From NCBI GenBank assembly GCA_963727255.1, contig CAVSFC010000002.1, positions 224,001-288,000 on the forward strand: DNA of 64,000 nucleotides, in the 5' to 3' direction. Under the pieces are notes generated by a model, which saw only the letters and a list, made by a program, of their open reading frames with translations, did no database searches and had not been told where the DNA came from. This DNA comes from an uncultured bacterium. GTDB lineage: Bacteria; Babelota; Babeliae; Babelales; Vermiphilaceae. The position numbers and the translations under genes were made by a program. Position 1 is the first letter of the stretch. Each line of letters starts with the position of its first letter. Positions 10,370 through 20,930 of the stretch are shown piece by piece.

Positions 10370-10852
10370 TTATTTTTTTGGTTCGATAGCTTTTCCTTTT
10401 TCCCGCAATTTGTTCAAAGTATTTTTAAGTAATTCTTGATTGCAATAGCCATTTCCTAAATAATTCGTAGCGATGTCAGCTTCTTTTTTAGAATCCGGAT
10501 CCTTTTTTTTAATTTTTTCTTTAAGCCTTAATTCACATTCTTTTTCTGCAGCAAAGATCTCTGCTCGAGCTCGGGCTTCAAGCGCTAAAAGTCTCCATTC
10601 ATATTTTTGAATAAGGGGAATTAGTCTATCCATAGAATAAGTGCTCGATAGTGCCTCAAGTTTTTCCAGATCCTGTGGTTTAAAACACAGAGGACTGATT
10701 AACAAATTACCCTTGACCACTGATTCGATCACCCTCGAGAATTCCCTTTCTATTTTATCTTGCTCTTTTTCCTGAGCATGTACCGCTAATGGCAAAAGAA
10801 AAAAAGAGAAAATTATTAGAACCGATGATAAAAATGTAAAAATTTTATTCAT
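10370..10852 (-). CDS. Hypothetical secreted protein
   Basis: 160-aa ORF; signal peptide ending AVHA. Confidence 0.6.
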   Translation of the reverse strand: MNKIFTFLSSVLIIFSFFLLPLAVHAQEKEQDKIEREFSRVIESVVKGNLLISPLCFKPQDLEKLEALSSTYSMDRLIPLIQKYEWRLLALEARARAEIFAAEKECELRLKEKIKKKDPDSKKEADIATNYLGNGYCNQELLKNTLNKLREKGKAIEPKK

Positions 10853-11000
10853 ATGTCTCTCAGAAAGTTAACTATTTTAGAAAATTCATTTTAAAAAATA
10901 GCATTATATAACCAATTATTCCAAATTTTTCTTTTATTTTTTACAAGAGGTTGTATCTTAAATTTTGAATAAAAATTTTTTTTCCACAAGGGATCTCATC

Positions 11001-13340
11001 ATGCAAAAACTTCGCGTTGGCGTTTTAATGGGCGGCAAATCGATTGAAAAAGAAGTATCATTTAATTCCGGGCGCACCATTTGCGATCATCTTGATACCA
11101 TGCGCTATAGCATTATTCCGCTATTCCAAACCGCAACGAATGAACTATATATTTTGCCATGGCATTTTTTGCATCGCGGAAAAATTAGCTGATTTTTTTC
11201 ACCGATTATCTACTGAAGCAGAGCAGATCAAATGGGATGATTTAAAGATCGCGTTGATTTTATCTATATCGCAACGCATGGCCGATATGCTGAAGATGGC
11301 ACTTTGCAAGGATTCCTAGAAGTTTTGGGCATTCCCTATTTGGGCTCAAAAACTCTTGGCAGCGCGCTCGGCATGGATAAAATCATGCAAAAAGAATTTT
11401 TATCCATGAATGGCATAGCATGTTCCGCAAGGGATCGCCGTGCACCCATCGCACATTTCTGATTTTCAAAAACATGAGAAACAATATAATTGATCAGTTG
11501 CAAGCAAAAAAAATATCTCTGCCCTATATTGTAAAGCCGTATAAAGAAGGCTCAAGCTTGGGCATAACCATCGTCAATCGCGAAGAAGATTTGAATCATG
11601 CACTCAAAAAAGCATGCTATATCGATCATGATCATGCTCAATCAGTTTTGATTGAAGAAAAAATTGAAGGCATGGAATTTTCATGCATCACCATCACTGA
11701 TTATAAAACAAATACTATCATTGCATTGCCGCCAACTGAAGTTGTTGCTGATGCTGAAGTAGGAATTTTTGATTATGAACAAAAATATATGCCCGGCCGA
11801 GCAACTGAATTTACGCCAGCACGCTGCAGCACAAGAAATACAAGAGCATATTCAACAAACATGCATTGAAACCATGCAGCTCTTGAATATGACAAATCTT
11901 TCACGCATTGATGGATTTGTAAAACAAGATGGCACAATTGTAATTATAGATCCGAATACACTTTCGGGCATGGCTCCTGCAAGTTTTTTTTCCGAGAAGC
12001 GGCTGAAATCAATATGAGCCATACGCAACTCATTAATCATTTAATTGAAACAGAATTGCAATCATATGGCATGCTAGAATGCACTCGTTGCACAAGAAAA
12101 AAAAGATACGCAATTATGAACACACAAAAAATTCGTGTTGGCATTCTTATGGGCGGCCCATCCAATGAGCGGGAAATTTCACTTCGAATCCGGGCGCAAT
12201 ATTACCTATAAATTATCGCCACAAAAATATGAAGTATTCCACTGTTTGTTAACAAACAGATGGAACTTTTCCCATTAACCCCACAATTATTAGTGCTCAA
12301 TTCAACCGCTCAAATTGAAAAAGCAGCTCGATCCTGCAACTAAAATTGCATGGAATGATTTACCATCAATGTGTGATTTTGTTTTATCGGGCTGCATGGC
12401 GGCCCGGGAGAAAATGGAGCGGTGCAAGGCGCGCTTGAAATGCTGGGAATTCCCTATAACGGCTCATCAGTACTCGCAAGCGCACTCTGCATGGATAAAT
12501 ATAAAACAACGCAATTTTTAAACGCACAAGGCTTTGAAGTTCCAGCAGGCATTACTTAATCACAAAGATGAATGGCATCACTAATAAACAAGCAATTCTT
12601 GAAACAATCAACTGCAACATCTGCCATTCCCCTTATTGTAAAACCACATGATGATGGCTGCAGCGTAATGGTTCAAAAGATCAAAAAAACAGAACAACTT
12701 GCCTGCGGCACTCGAAATAATTTTTACTCAAGGCAAAGAGTTATGCACTGATTGAAGAATGTATTATCGGCATGGAACTAACCGTCGGCGTTATTGGCAA
12801 TGAAACCCACGCGCATTACCCCCAACGCAAGCAGTCTGCACTTCAGATATTTTATCGATCGAAGAAAAATTCTTGCCGGGTGCAGGAGAAAATCAAACGC
12901 CCGCTCCACTGCCCGCTGCTACTTTAGCATCGGTGCAACAAACAATGGAAGAAGTGTATAAGGCTGTTGGTGCAAAAGGGTATGCGCGCATCGATTGTTT
13001 TTATCAAAATGCTGCGCAAACCCCAACTGGAAAAGAACGGGTCATTATTCTAGAAATTAATACACTGCCGGGAATGACGCCTGCAACCTGCATTTTCCAT
13101 CAAGCAGCAGAAATTGGCATTAAGCCTATGGATTTTGTAGATTTAATAATCACGCTTGGCTTTGAAGAGCATAGAAAATCTGCTGGAAAGACTGTTGAAA
13201 AAGAATCGGTGGTAGAAACTGAGACTGCTCAAAGAGCTCTTACACATCCTGCCTGCCCGCCGTCCTTCGAGACGCAGCTAGCTGCTCCTCAGGATGAGCG
13301 GAAGGACGCGTTTACTCCTGAGCGAAGCCGAAGGATTTAG
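11001..13340 (+). CDS. ddl: Tandem two-domain D-Ala-D-Ala ligase family protein; reading frame broken by many indels
   Basis: Two N-terminal motifs ([37 protein letters not shown]), two ATP-grasp C-termini (RIDGF...[13 protein letters not shown]...EINTLPGMT) distributed over several frames. Confidence 0.8.
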
Positions 13341-13380
13341 CGAAGGCTGGGAGTAGCGCCGAAAGCGCATATCGAAGGAT
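13250..13380. repeat. Palindromic element encoding the ddl C-terminal tail
   Basis: GTCCTTCGA...TCAGGATGAGCGGAAGGACGCGTTTACTC...GGATTTAGCGAAG, closely matching 37321-37406. Confidence 0.65.
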
Positions 13381-13399
13381 CGCATTACATTATAAGAAA

Positions 13400-14641
13400 T
13401 CAATGCTGAGATTTGGCCGTAATTCGCTTAAGCATTGCTAATCGCTGCGCATCAGTTATCGGTTTTTCAGCAGCGATTAACGCGGCTTTAGTAGTTGTTT
13501 CTTCGAGATCATTCATGCTATCAAGTGCAAGTATCGATGAAAGATCCCAATTCTTTACCGTACTATCGCGAGAACCAGAAAAGATTCTTTGAAAATTATT
13601 ACTCGCAATACTTTGCACCCAATCTTTATGATATGATAAGACTGCCGCGCAGGCCATCATACGCAAATCCCACAAGCGAACATCACGATCCCATGATGCG
13701 GATGCCGCATAATTACCATCATTTGAACATAATAAAGCTGATATCAACCCTGCATGCCCCTTTAATAGCCCAATATGTCTATCTTTTCTGATGTCCCACA
13801 ATCCAATCGGCCCTTTATCAAAACCAGAAACTGCAATCTGTTCGTGCGGATGGCGCGCAAGGCGACAAAAATTGGCACCTACTAAGATCGTTTCCTCTAT
13901 TGAATAGTGATGTTCTTCTTTTGCAGTTGCGGTATCCCAAATGCGAATGGTCTTATCTGATGCAGCAGAAATAATTTTTTGATGGGCCTTGATAAAAAAT
14001 GCATTTTTTACCGAGCGCTCATGCCCATCGAATTCCGCTAATTTCTTATCGTGAAAAACCTCCCATAATTTTATGATATGATCATTTGAGCACGAAACCA
14101 GATGGTTGTGATCGCAAGACAAAGAAAGTGCATTAATTGTCCCATCATGTGCCTTAAAAAATTTTTCGGATTTACTTTTAAGATCAAGTGAACCAATATT
14201 GCCTCCCAAATCCCCCAAATAGAGCGTTTCTAATTCTGTATTAAAACAACTGCAACACCATCCCTTTACTGTTTTAAGCACCTTGCAATTATCCATAGCA
14301 TTTTCCTGGCAAACAGCTATTTGATGGCCAACACAATCAATTGAAATAATTTCCTGTGATTTTGGAGAGGTTTCAAGCCCACAAACTCCCTCATGGGAAT
14401 AACTTTTACGATTCTCTGGTTTATTAAATATGATAGGCAGGAGCAATGGTTTCAATTGAGTATTAATTAATTTTTGCGAAATAACTTTCTGAATATCTTG
14501 ATTAACATAGCGAGCTTGCTCAATCAAGGCAGAATGCTTTAAAACAAATGATGCAATTAATGATTTTAATCGTGGCGGATTTTCTTCCATGCCACTCGTG
14601 CAAAAAAAAGTTAGCACGCCTAACAGCAGAAAAACTTCCAT
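13400..14641 (-). CDS. WD40-repeat protein with signal peptide (effector-like)
   Basis: Multiple GH...SxDxTI/VxxWD repeats. Confidence 0.9.
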   Translation of the reverse strand: MEVFLLLGVLTFFCTSGMEENPPRLKSLIASFVLKHSALIEQARYVNQDIQKVISQKLINTQLKPLLLPIIFNKPENRKSYSHEGVCGLETSPKSQEIISIDCVGHQIAVCQENAMDNCKVLKTVKGWCCSCFNTELETLYLGDLGGNIGSLDLKSKSEKFFKAHDGTINALSLSCDHNHLVSCSNDHIIKLWEVFHDKKLAEFDGHERSVKNAFFIKAHQKIISAASDKTIRIWDTATAKEEHHYSIEETILVGANFCRLARHPHEQIAVSGFDKGPIGLWDIRKDRHIGLLKGHAGLISALLCSNDGNYAASASWDRDVRLWDLRMMACAAVLSYHKDWVQSIASNNFQRIFSGSRDSTVKNWDLSSILALDSMNDLEETTTKAALIAAEKPITDAQRLAMLKRITAKSQH

Positions 14642-14678
14642 CGCATTCCCACCCCACTCAAAAAAATTAGGCAGGTAT

Positions 14679-15116
14679 TCACATGTTAAACGTGATTTTA
14701 TATACCAATAGAGCGCTCATGACATTCGCGCACAGAATACAAAGATATGCACGCCAGAGATTAAAATGTGCCCAATGCTGAGCAATAGCAACGCCAATCA
14801 TCTGAATTGCTGAGTAAATCGCCGCCAAAATAAGGCTCGTATTAAGGACATTATATGCCCCGGCATAGGTATCTTCAGGCAATTTAAAAGGAATTTTCAA
14901 TCCCCAAACTATAACCAAATTTATAACCCCAAAAAAAATGATAAATGCGCCTACGGTCAGCAGAAAACTCATTAAAAAAGCTCTAAGCCAGCTCATATGA
15001 TCCCATAATTTTAAGAGCATAAATAAGAGTAAAAAATTTATGGGTAAATGAGAAAGCCCCCCGGTAAAGCTCCAAATCCATTCTGTTATTAAAAAATTGG
15101 TTATATGCGTTAGCAT
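14679..15116 (-). CDS. Membrane protein, about 4 TM
   Basis: Hydrophobic 145-aa ORF with AGAGAGG RBS. Confidence 0.7.
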   Translation of the reverse strand: MLTHITNFLITEWIWSFTGGLSHLPINFLLLFMLLKLWDHMSWLRAFLMSFLLTVGAFIIFFGVINLVIVWGLKIPFKLPEDTYAGAYNVLNTSLILAAIYSAIQMIGVAIAQHWAHFNLWRAYLCILCANVMSALLVYKITFNM

Positions 15117-15141
15117 ACTAACACCTCTCTTTTTATTACTA

Positions 15142-15549
15142 TCACAGCAGACAATACAACGTTAACACACTCAACCCGGCAATTGCACTGCTTAACCCCC
15201 CAAGCATAGTAATATCCGGCATCTTTACCAAATAAACTAAGTAAAAATAAATAAGGAACCAATACAAGCAGGAACTTATAAAAATCAAAATAAAGCATAA
15301 CCCAAAAGAAATGCTCAATAATTGAAACATGTGGACGTGTAGAAATGGAACACTCATGATCCCCATTAAAAAAATGGTAAGCACAGCAAACAGCGTTGCA
15401 CTGAATGCATAAAAAAAAGTTCTAAAAATTGAATTTTTTTTACTGGCAAGCAGAAATAAAAATAATGCGATGATCTGAACAGGGGCAAAGATAATAATCA
15501 GTGATGGTTGTAGAAAAAAAACCGCGGCTAATAATTCAGTAATCGTCAT
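15142..15549 (-). CDS. Membrane protein, about 4 TM, similar layout to the downstream gene
   Basis: Hydrophobic 135-aa ORF with AAGGA RBS. Confidence 0.6.
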   Translation of the reverse strand: MTITELLAAVFFLQPSLIIIFAPVQIIALFLFLLASKKNSIFRTFFYAFSATLFAVLTIFLMGIMSVPFLHVHMFQLLSISFGLCFILIFISSCLYWFLIYFYLVYLVKMPDITMLGGLSSAIAGLSVLTLYCLL

Positions 15550-15621
15550 ACAAAAATCCTTGTATTTTGCATCACACTCGTTAGTATTATTTGTAACAAA
15601 AGATTTCTATAAAGGAGAAGT

Positions 15622-16293
15622 ATGCAAACAAAAAAATTTGGCTTATGCATAATTTTTGCCAGTTTTTCTATTGGCTGCCACGCCGCCACACATCAAGCAA
15701 AAACTTTTGATTTATCATCCGTTGAAGGCATCAGCGAAGACCAATTAGATCAGCACCAGAAACTGTATCAAGGATATGTTAAAAAAAGAAATGAGATTGA
15801 ACAGTCATTAAAAACCGTTGACCGATCCAACGTTGCAAATATAACCTATTCTCCCTTCAGAGCCTTAAAAATTGCTGAAACATTTGCCTTAAATGGATCA
15901 ATTTTACATGAATTATATTTTGAGAATCTCGGAACCGGCACTCAACCAGGGCCACAGGCTTTAGCGCTAATAAAAGAAAATTTTGGATCTCTTGAGAAAT
16001 TTAGAAAGGATCTTCTTGAAGGGGCAAGTTGCTCTCGCGGCTGGGTGATCACTGCTTATACGATTGACAGTGGCAAGGTACACAATTATGTACTTGAAGC
16101 GCACAATGAAACAGTACCTATTTTAAGTTTACCAATTCTGGTAGTGGATACCTATGAACATGCCTATATGATCGATTTTGGCATCAATCGCGCCGAGTAT
16201 CTTGATGTGGTATGGAAAAATATTAACTGGAATGTTGTTGAAGAACGCATTAAAAAATGGGTCAATAAATTCCGGATTTATAAGGCAAAATAG
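15622..16293 (+). CDS. sod: Fe/Mn superoxide dismutase family protein with N-terminal signal peptide
   Basis: HQKLYQGYV, LHELYFENL, VDTYEHAY...DFG...YLDVVWKNINW. Confidence 0.85.
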   Translation: MQTKKFGLCIIFASFSIGCHAATHQAKTFDLSSVEGISEDQLDQHQKLYQGYVKKRNEIEQSLKTVDRSNVANITYSPFRALKIAETFALNGSILHELYFENLGTGTQPGPQALALIKENFGSLEKFRKDLLEGASCSRGWVITAYTIDSGKVHNYVLEAHNETVPILSLPILVVDTYEHAYMIDFGINRAEYLDVVWKNINWNVVEERIKKWVNKFRIYKAK

Positions 16294-16302
16294 CTATCTT
16301 TC

Positions 16303-16770
16303 TTATTCCGTGCCAAATTCAGATTCTTGTAAATTTTCTCTGATAATAAATTTAATAGTGTTAGCGTTAGTAATTTTTATTGCAAAATTCTTTAAGACCG
16401 CGACACCGGGGGTTTTTTGCTCTAAGGTCGCCAAATACTGCGTTTGGCCATCTTCTAATGCCTTATACTCTGAATATAAAATGAACAAACAAAGCCCAAC
16501 TGTTTTCTTTGTGGGAAGATGTTTATCCGCAGGATCATAAAACTCTAAGTGTGCTTCTCCGTTGCTATTTTTTGCTTGAGCAGGGTGAATCATTAATTTG
16601 ATCTCCTGTTGGGATGAAAGCGTGCGGCATTCATCCCACTTACCATAAGGAACACACTCATACGCCTTTGAGGAATTATTTTTCACAATAATGTGCGCCA
16701 TCGGATACATCTTCTGGCTCACCATCAATAGGAAAAATAAACCTTTAGTCGCGTGCAGTGAATATACCAT
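16303..16770 (-). CDS. Hypothetical secreted protein
   Basis: 155-aa ORF with hydrophobic N-terminus. Confidence 0.55.
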   Translation of the reverse strand: MVYSLHATKGLFFLLMVSQKMYPMAHIIVKNNSSKAYECVPYGKWDECRTLSSQQEIKLMIHPAQAKNSNGEAHLEFYDPADKHLPTKKTVGLCLFILYSEYKALEDGQTQYLATLEQKTPGVAVLKNFAIKITNANTIKFIIRENLQESEFGTE

Positions 16771-16776
16771 TACATG

Positions 16777-16947
16777 TTAAATTACGTTGAATAAACTCAA
16801 AATAAAATAAACAATAACCGCAAAAAGCAAAACGTTAATTAAGGTAATGATGAGTGAGCGGGTACTGCCCTGGGGAGCTCCCAAAAACAGATATGCTGCG
16901 AGTAATACTAAAAGAATAACTCCGATTGAAGGTATTGCAATAACCAT
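16777..16947 (-). CDS. Small two-TM membrane protein
   Basis: ATG preceded by AAAGGA; two hydrophobic segments. Confidence 0.55.
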   Translation of the reverse strand: MVIAIPSIGVILLVLLAAYLFLGAPQGSTRSLIITLINVLLFAVIVYFILSLFNVI

Positions 16948-17082
16948 GGCGATCCTTTTTTTAAAAATGTTAGAGACATCATATGCAGTACTAACACAAA
17001 AAAAATCACACGCCAATAATTTGAATACAATCTTGTTTGTCAAATAAATGCTCTGATAGAGTTAGTAAAAAAAGAGGAATTT

Positions 17083-17403
17083 ATGAAAAAAATACCATTT
17101 CTACTCTGTTTACTTGCATGCGCAGTAGTATCCGCCATCGATGGAGATAATGCAGATCAATACGAAAACCAATATCAAAATGAAGAAGCCGATGATAATG
17201 AGTCTGCTTTACCACCAATAACGGTGAATATTTCAGTTTCTAATGCAAATGATGCACATGCAAACACTCAAACTGATATTACCCAAGCTCAAACGGTAGA
17301 AAAAAAAGAACTTGAGAAAAAAAAAGAAGAACAAAAACGCGCATTAGAATATGCCAGAAGTATAACAGTTATTGTGCGTTATCTTGCTAAATTGAGGCTC
17401 TAA
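17083..17403 (+). CDS. Small secreted acidic/coiled-coil protein
   Basis: Signal peptide, GAGGA RBS, TAATG coupling to the next gene. Confidence 0.65.
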   Translation: MKKIPFLLCLLACAVVSAIDGDNADQYENQYQNEEADDNESALPPITVNISVSNANDAHANTQTDITQAQTVEKKELEKKKEEQKRALEYARSITVIVRYLAKLRL

Positions 17404-18311
17404 TGAACACGAAAAATAAACTCCTGATTTTGCTTGGATTTTCATTTTCTTTTTTCGCATTGTGCGAGCCACCAAATGGCGCTCAGCCCATTAAAAAAAA
17501 TTTGATCCCCAAGATGCACAATGGAACCGTGAGCTTTTCAGTAAACGTAACTAATCGGCAAGATGCTCATACCGATAATAGAATTAATCTTTCAACACAA
17601 CAAAACACGCAGCAATCAACCCCCTCAAACGATTCGCAAATAATGAATAAAATCTCTGAATTATGGCAAGAAAATATCAAGATTCAAAAGCAACTCAAAG
17701 AGCAAGGATCTCATTTTCTGAGCGCAAACAAATGGTATCTTCTTGGTTCAGGATTACTATTTTCGTATGTGTTACTTGCCTATCTGATTATGAGCGGCAA
17801 TTCATATATGGGCGATGCCTCATTATGGTCTTCATGGCACCAAGAGCTGCCGCTTGATCAATTACTTGCAATCCCCCAGGAGCAACTTACTCAAGAATTA
17901 ATCCGCGAAATACAAAGGCGGTATACCGATTCTACATCAATTTCCGATATCGTAAAACCCCTAGGCATTTTCATGGTCAAAATTGATCAAGAAGAAGAAC
18001 AGATTAAATGGTATCAAACGGTCTATTCGTGGCTCTTGTATATCCGATTAACCAAACTTGTACCGGTGGGCCAACAGCGCTTTGCAAAAATTGCTGAACG
18101 CTTGCAGAGAATCGCATATTATAAAAATCTATTCAAATCCTGGACAGCCGACTATCAACTGCAGCAGTCTGAGCGCTTTTGGTACCGATGCCCGGAAATT
18201 GAGTATCCTGGCCTTACCCCAATGATTCAATTGTTACAAATAGAAATGAGGCTCAAGGCCCTCAATTATTGGATAATAGAAGTGGAAAACAGGGTCCCAG
18301 CCTTCTGCTAA
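17403..18311 (+). CDS. Hypothetical protein with signal peptide and internal TM segment
   Basis: 302-aa ORF. Confidence 0.7.
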   Translation: MNTKNKLLILLGFSFSFFALCEPPNGAQPIKKNLIPKMHNGTVSFSVNVTNRQDAHTDNRINLSTQQNTQQSTPSNDSQIMNKISELWQENIKIQKQLKEQGSHFLSANKWYLLGSGLLFSYVLLAYLIMSGNSYMGDASLWSSWHQELPLDQLLAIPQEQLTQELIREIQRRYTDSTSISDIVKPLGIFMVKIDQEEEQIKWYQTVYSWLLYIRLTKLVPVGQQRFAKIAERLQRIAYYKNLFKSWTADYQLQQSERFWYRCPEIEYPGLTPMIQLLQIEMRLKALNYWIIEVENRVPAFC

Positions 18312-18463
18312 TCATTTCACCCTGCAACAATCAGAAGCTGTATGCCTTTTTTATTTCTGGCTGAAACTTTTTGCGTTGCCTTCTGGCATCTTTTATTGAC
18401 CAAACTGCATTTTAAAGCTATCCTGATACTATCTAGAAAAGCTCATAAACCGTGGAGGTTTCA

Positions 18464-18808
18464 ATGAAAAAACTACTCTCAATTATCTTAGCAATAAGTA
18501 TTGCTTTGGCTGCCCCTGCGAAAGCAACAACTCCTGCTGAACCCAAAACACTGGTTGGACTTGCTTTGGTAACCACCGGTTTAGTAGCGGCATATTTCAC
18601 GGCTAAGCTCTGGCAAGATTCTGAGAATTATAAAGCAAAATTAATTAACAAAACTCAGCAGAGATCCTTTGATTATAAAAATGCAGTGGAAAAACAAAAA
18701 AATATTCTTTCTCGCATGAACTGGAGTGTTGCAACCGGTTGCTTCTCTTTTGCTACGTTGGGCACAGGCACTGCATTCCTCATTCACCAGTTTAGTAAAA
18801 ATAGCTAG
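18464..18808 (+). CDS. Hypothetical secreted/membrane protein
   Basis: GGAGG RBS, signal peptide AKA, two further hydrophobic segments. Confidence 0.6.
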   Translation: MKKLLSIILAISIALAAPAKATTPAEPKTLVGLALVTTGLVAAYFTAKLWQDSENYKAKLINKTQQRSFDYKNAVEKQKNILSRMNWSVATGCFSFATLGTGTAFLIHQFSKNS

Positions 18809-19935
18809 ATCAAATAAATGCCGCGAATTTTAACCTCTACCTGCCCGTCTTTGCCGCTTTTTTCTCGCTCAAGCAATGCAATCAAGCGAACCGTAACACT
18901 TCCAATAGTTGCATAAGAAAATACACTAAACATTTTCGGATCAAACACCGGATTAAGTAAAGGTGTAACAAATTTAGGCAAACCCGCAAATTCAACTCCA
19001 TAGAGATTTTTTAATGATTTATTCCAATCATTTTTCCAGTCGCTCTTTTCTTTAAATACTTTGAGCAATTCATCAGTCGCGGGTGCTTTTTCAGGATCAC
19101 CCTGCAATTTAAGCAGCGAAGCTAAGGAATTTGAAATCAGCCATGGCTCAATACTTTGCTTTGATGAAGAAACGGTAAAAATATCAGTCAAATATAATTG
19201 AGAACCTTTTTGGCCGGCAATTGTTGGATCATAAAAGATGCTATTTTTAAATGCATCAAAGCCTTTTATGGTTAATAGTTCTGTGACATCATTCACCGGA
19301 TATTTGCGTTCTTTTAAGAATTTTTCAAACTCTCCAAAAAGATCTGCTCCCATCTGCTCTCTAATTTGCCCAAATAATTCTTGGAGCATTTTTTTCATAT
19401 TTGTTTCATCTTTTGCTTCTTGCTTACTTCCCGGGACCGGCTCACCCACAAATTTATGCTTTTCAAAATCATACATTCTATTGATATTAATTTTGCCCTC
19501 TTCGCTGGCAATCATAATTCCCAGCGTGCCAGTAATACCATCGATATTCTGCTTGAGGTTAAATTTCTGAAGACGGCCCTTATTAGGCAGCAATACTTTA
19601 AGTAGCTGCTTGCCATCCGAAGGCTGTTCGGCTTTCTTTACGCCATCTTTAGCGTTGCCCTGCCCGCCAGAGCTTTTAGCGTCGGCAGATTCTTTTTGCT
19701 CTTTGCTTTCATCCTGAGCCTTTCGAACGGCTTCTTTTACCGAAAGTTGGCTGATGGCCAACTGAATGCCACCGTAGGCAAGTTGCCGTGCCTTTTCGCG
19801 ATCAACCATCGTTTTTGAAAATGAACTAAATATCAATCCTTTATTGCTCACATAAGTCGCAATAAACATAAAAAGCGCCATCAATGCGAGCGTGAGCGCT
19901 AAAATATAACCCGGCTTATTATGCTCAATCTTCAT
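18805..19935 (-). CDS. gspK: Type II secretion minor pseudopilin GspK-like
   Basis: G|YILALTL N-terminus, A..LAYGGI.LA, EEGKININ motif; last gene of the pseudopilin run. Confidence 0.75.
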   Translation of the reverse strand: MKIEHNKPGYILALTLALMALFMFIATYVSNKGLIFSSFSKTMVDREKARQLAYGGIQLAISQLSVKEAVRKAQDESKEQKESADAKSSGGQGNAKDGVKKAEQPSDGKQLLKVLLPNKGRLQKFNLKQNIDGITGTLGIMIASEEGKININRMYDFEKHKFVGEPVPGSKQEAKDETNMKKMLQELFGQIREQMGADLFGEFEKFLKERKYPVNDVTELLTIKGFDAFKNSIFYDPTIAGQKGSQLYLTDIFTVSSSKQSIEPWLISNSLASLLKLQGDPEKAPATDELLKVFKEKSDWKNDWNKSLKNLYGVEFAGLPKFVTPLLNPVFDPKMFSVFSYATIGSVTVRLIALLEREKSGKDGQVEVKIRGIYLI

Positions 19936-20930
19936 CGGCGAATTGCTCCTCCGGGATTAAATTGATTTCGTTGCGAAACACGCGTTGGGGCAGGAGGCGC
20001 AAAACTTTGAGTAAAGAATTCTCTAAGTGTTCCTAATAATTTTTGCGTAATATCTTCAGCTTCACGTTTTTCAGGAATATCCGATTGCACATGAATTTTG
20101 AAAGTAAATGGCGTGCTTCGTTTCCTTTGCGCATCCCATAATGCCAGCTTTAATTCTACCAGTTGCGGGGCAAGCGGCAATTGTTCTTTACCCTCCTTCT
20201 TATCCTGAGGAATCCACTCGAGAGTCTTTTTTACTTCTTTTTTCTTAGATTCACTAGTTGCTTCTTTTTTCTCATTTTTCTCAAGGACATAATACGTATA
20301 TTCTGCAGTCAAACTTTTTATTCCATCAGCCAGGATATATTCTTGCGGGCCTTCCTTGCCACCCTTAGCAATCGGATCAAATTCCAAATTGGATGATTCT
20401 CTGCGAACCAAGCTATATGATTTTGGGGTCCCTTTATCTTCTTTGAGCAGATAAAGCACACGTGCAATGCGCGGCTTTGCTGAGCCAGATTTCGCGCTCC
20501 AATATACTTGCAAGGGATTGGTGGTTATAAAGCTCAGTTGATTGAGCAGGCCTTCTTTATTGGTGCTATAAAAAACTTTCTCAAATGGTTTTTTTGGCTT
20601 TTTCTCACCCTCCTCATCTGCCGTAGCCTTGGTGTCAGCGGATTCTTTTTCTTTTTTTTCCGCTTCTGCCTTTTTCTTTTCTTCATCCTTCTTCTTCTTT
20701 TCGGCCTCCGGTTGACGATAATAGAATTCGTTTGGAGCAGTTACTCCTGAAAGATCACGCTCGAATTGCGCGTTAATGAGCGCTGCTTTTTCATACGTTC
20801 CGGTAGTATTATCAACTACGGGAACAAATCTATTCACTTGATATAAGGCAGAAAAAAGAAGCACGCCTAAAATGGAAGCAATAAATGTAGCGATCAATAG
20901 CTCGATGAGAGTGAAGCCAGATTTATTCAT
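19932..20930 (-). CDS. gspJ: Type II secretion pseudopilin GspJ-like
   Basis: G|FTLIELLIA prepilin motif, FERDL, operon position. Confidence 0.75.
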   Translation of the reverse strand: MNKSGFTLIELLIATFIASILGVLLFSALYQVNRFVPVVDNTTGTYEKAALINAQFERDLSGVTAPNEFYYRQPEAEKKKKDEEKKKAEAEKKEKESADTKATADEEGEKKPKKPFEKVFYSTNKEGLLNQLSFITTNPLQVYWSAKSGSAKPRIARVLYLLKEDKGTPKSYSLVRRESSNLEFDPIAKGGKEGPQEYILADGIKSLTAEYTYYVLEKNEKKEATSESKKKEVKKTLEWIPQDKKEGKEQLPLAPQLVELKLALWDAQRKRSTPFTFKIHVQSDIPEKREAEDITQKLLGTLREFFTQSFAPPAPTRVSQRNQFNPGGAIRR

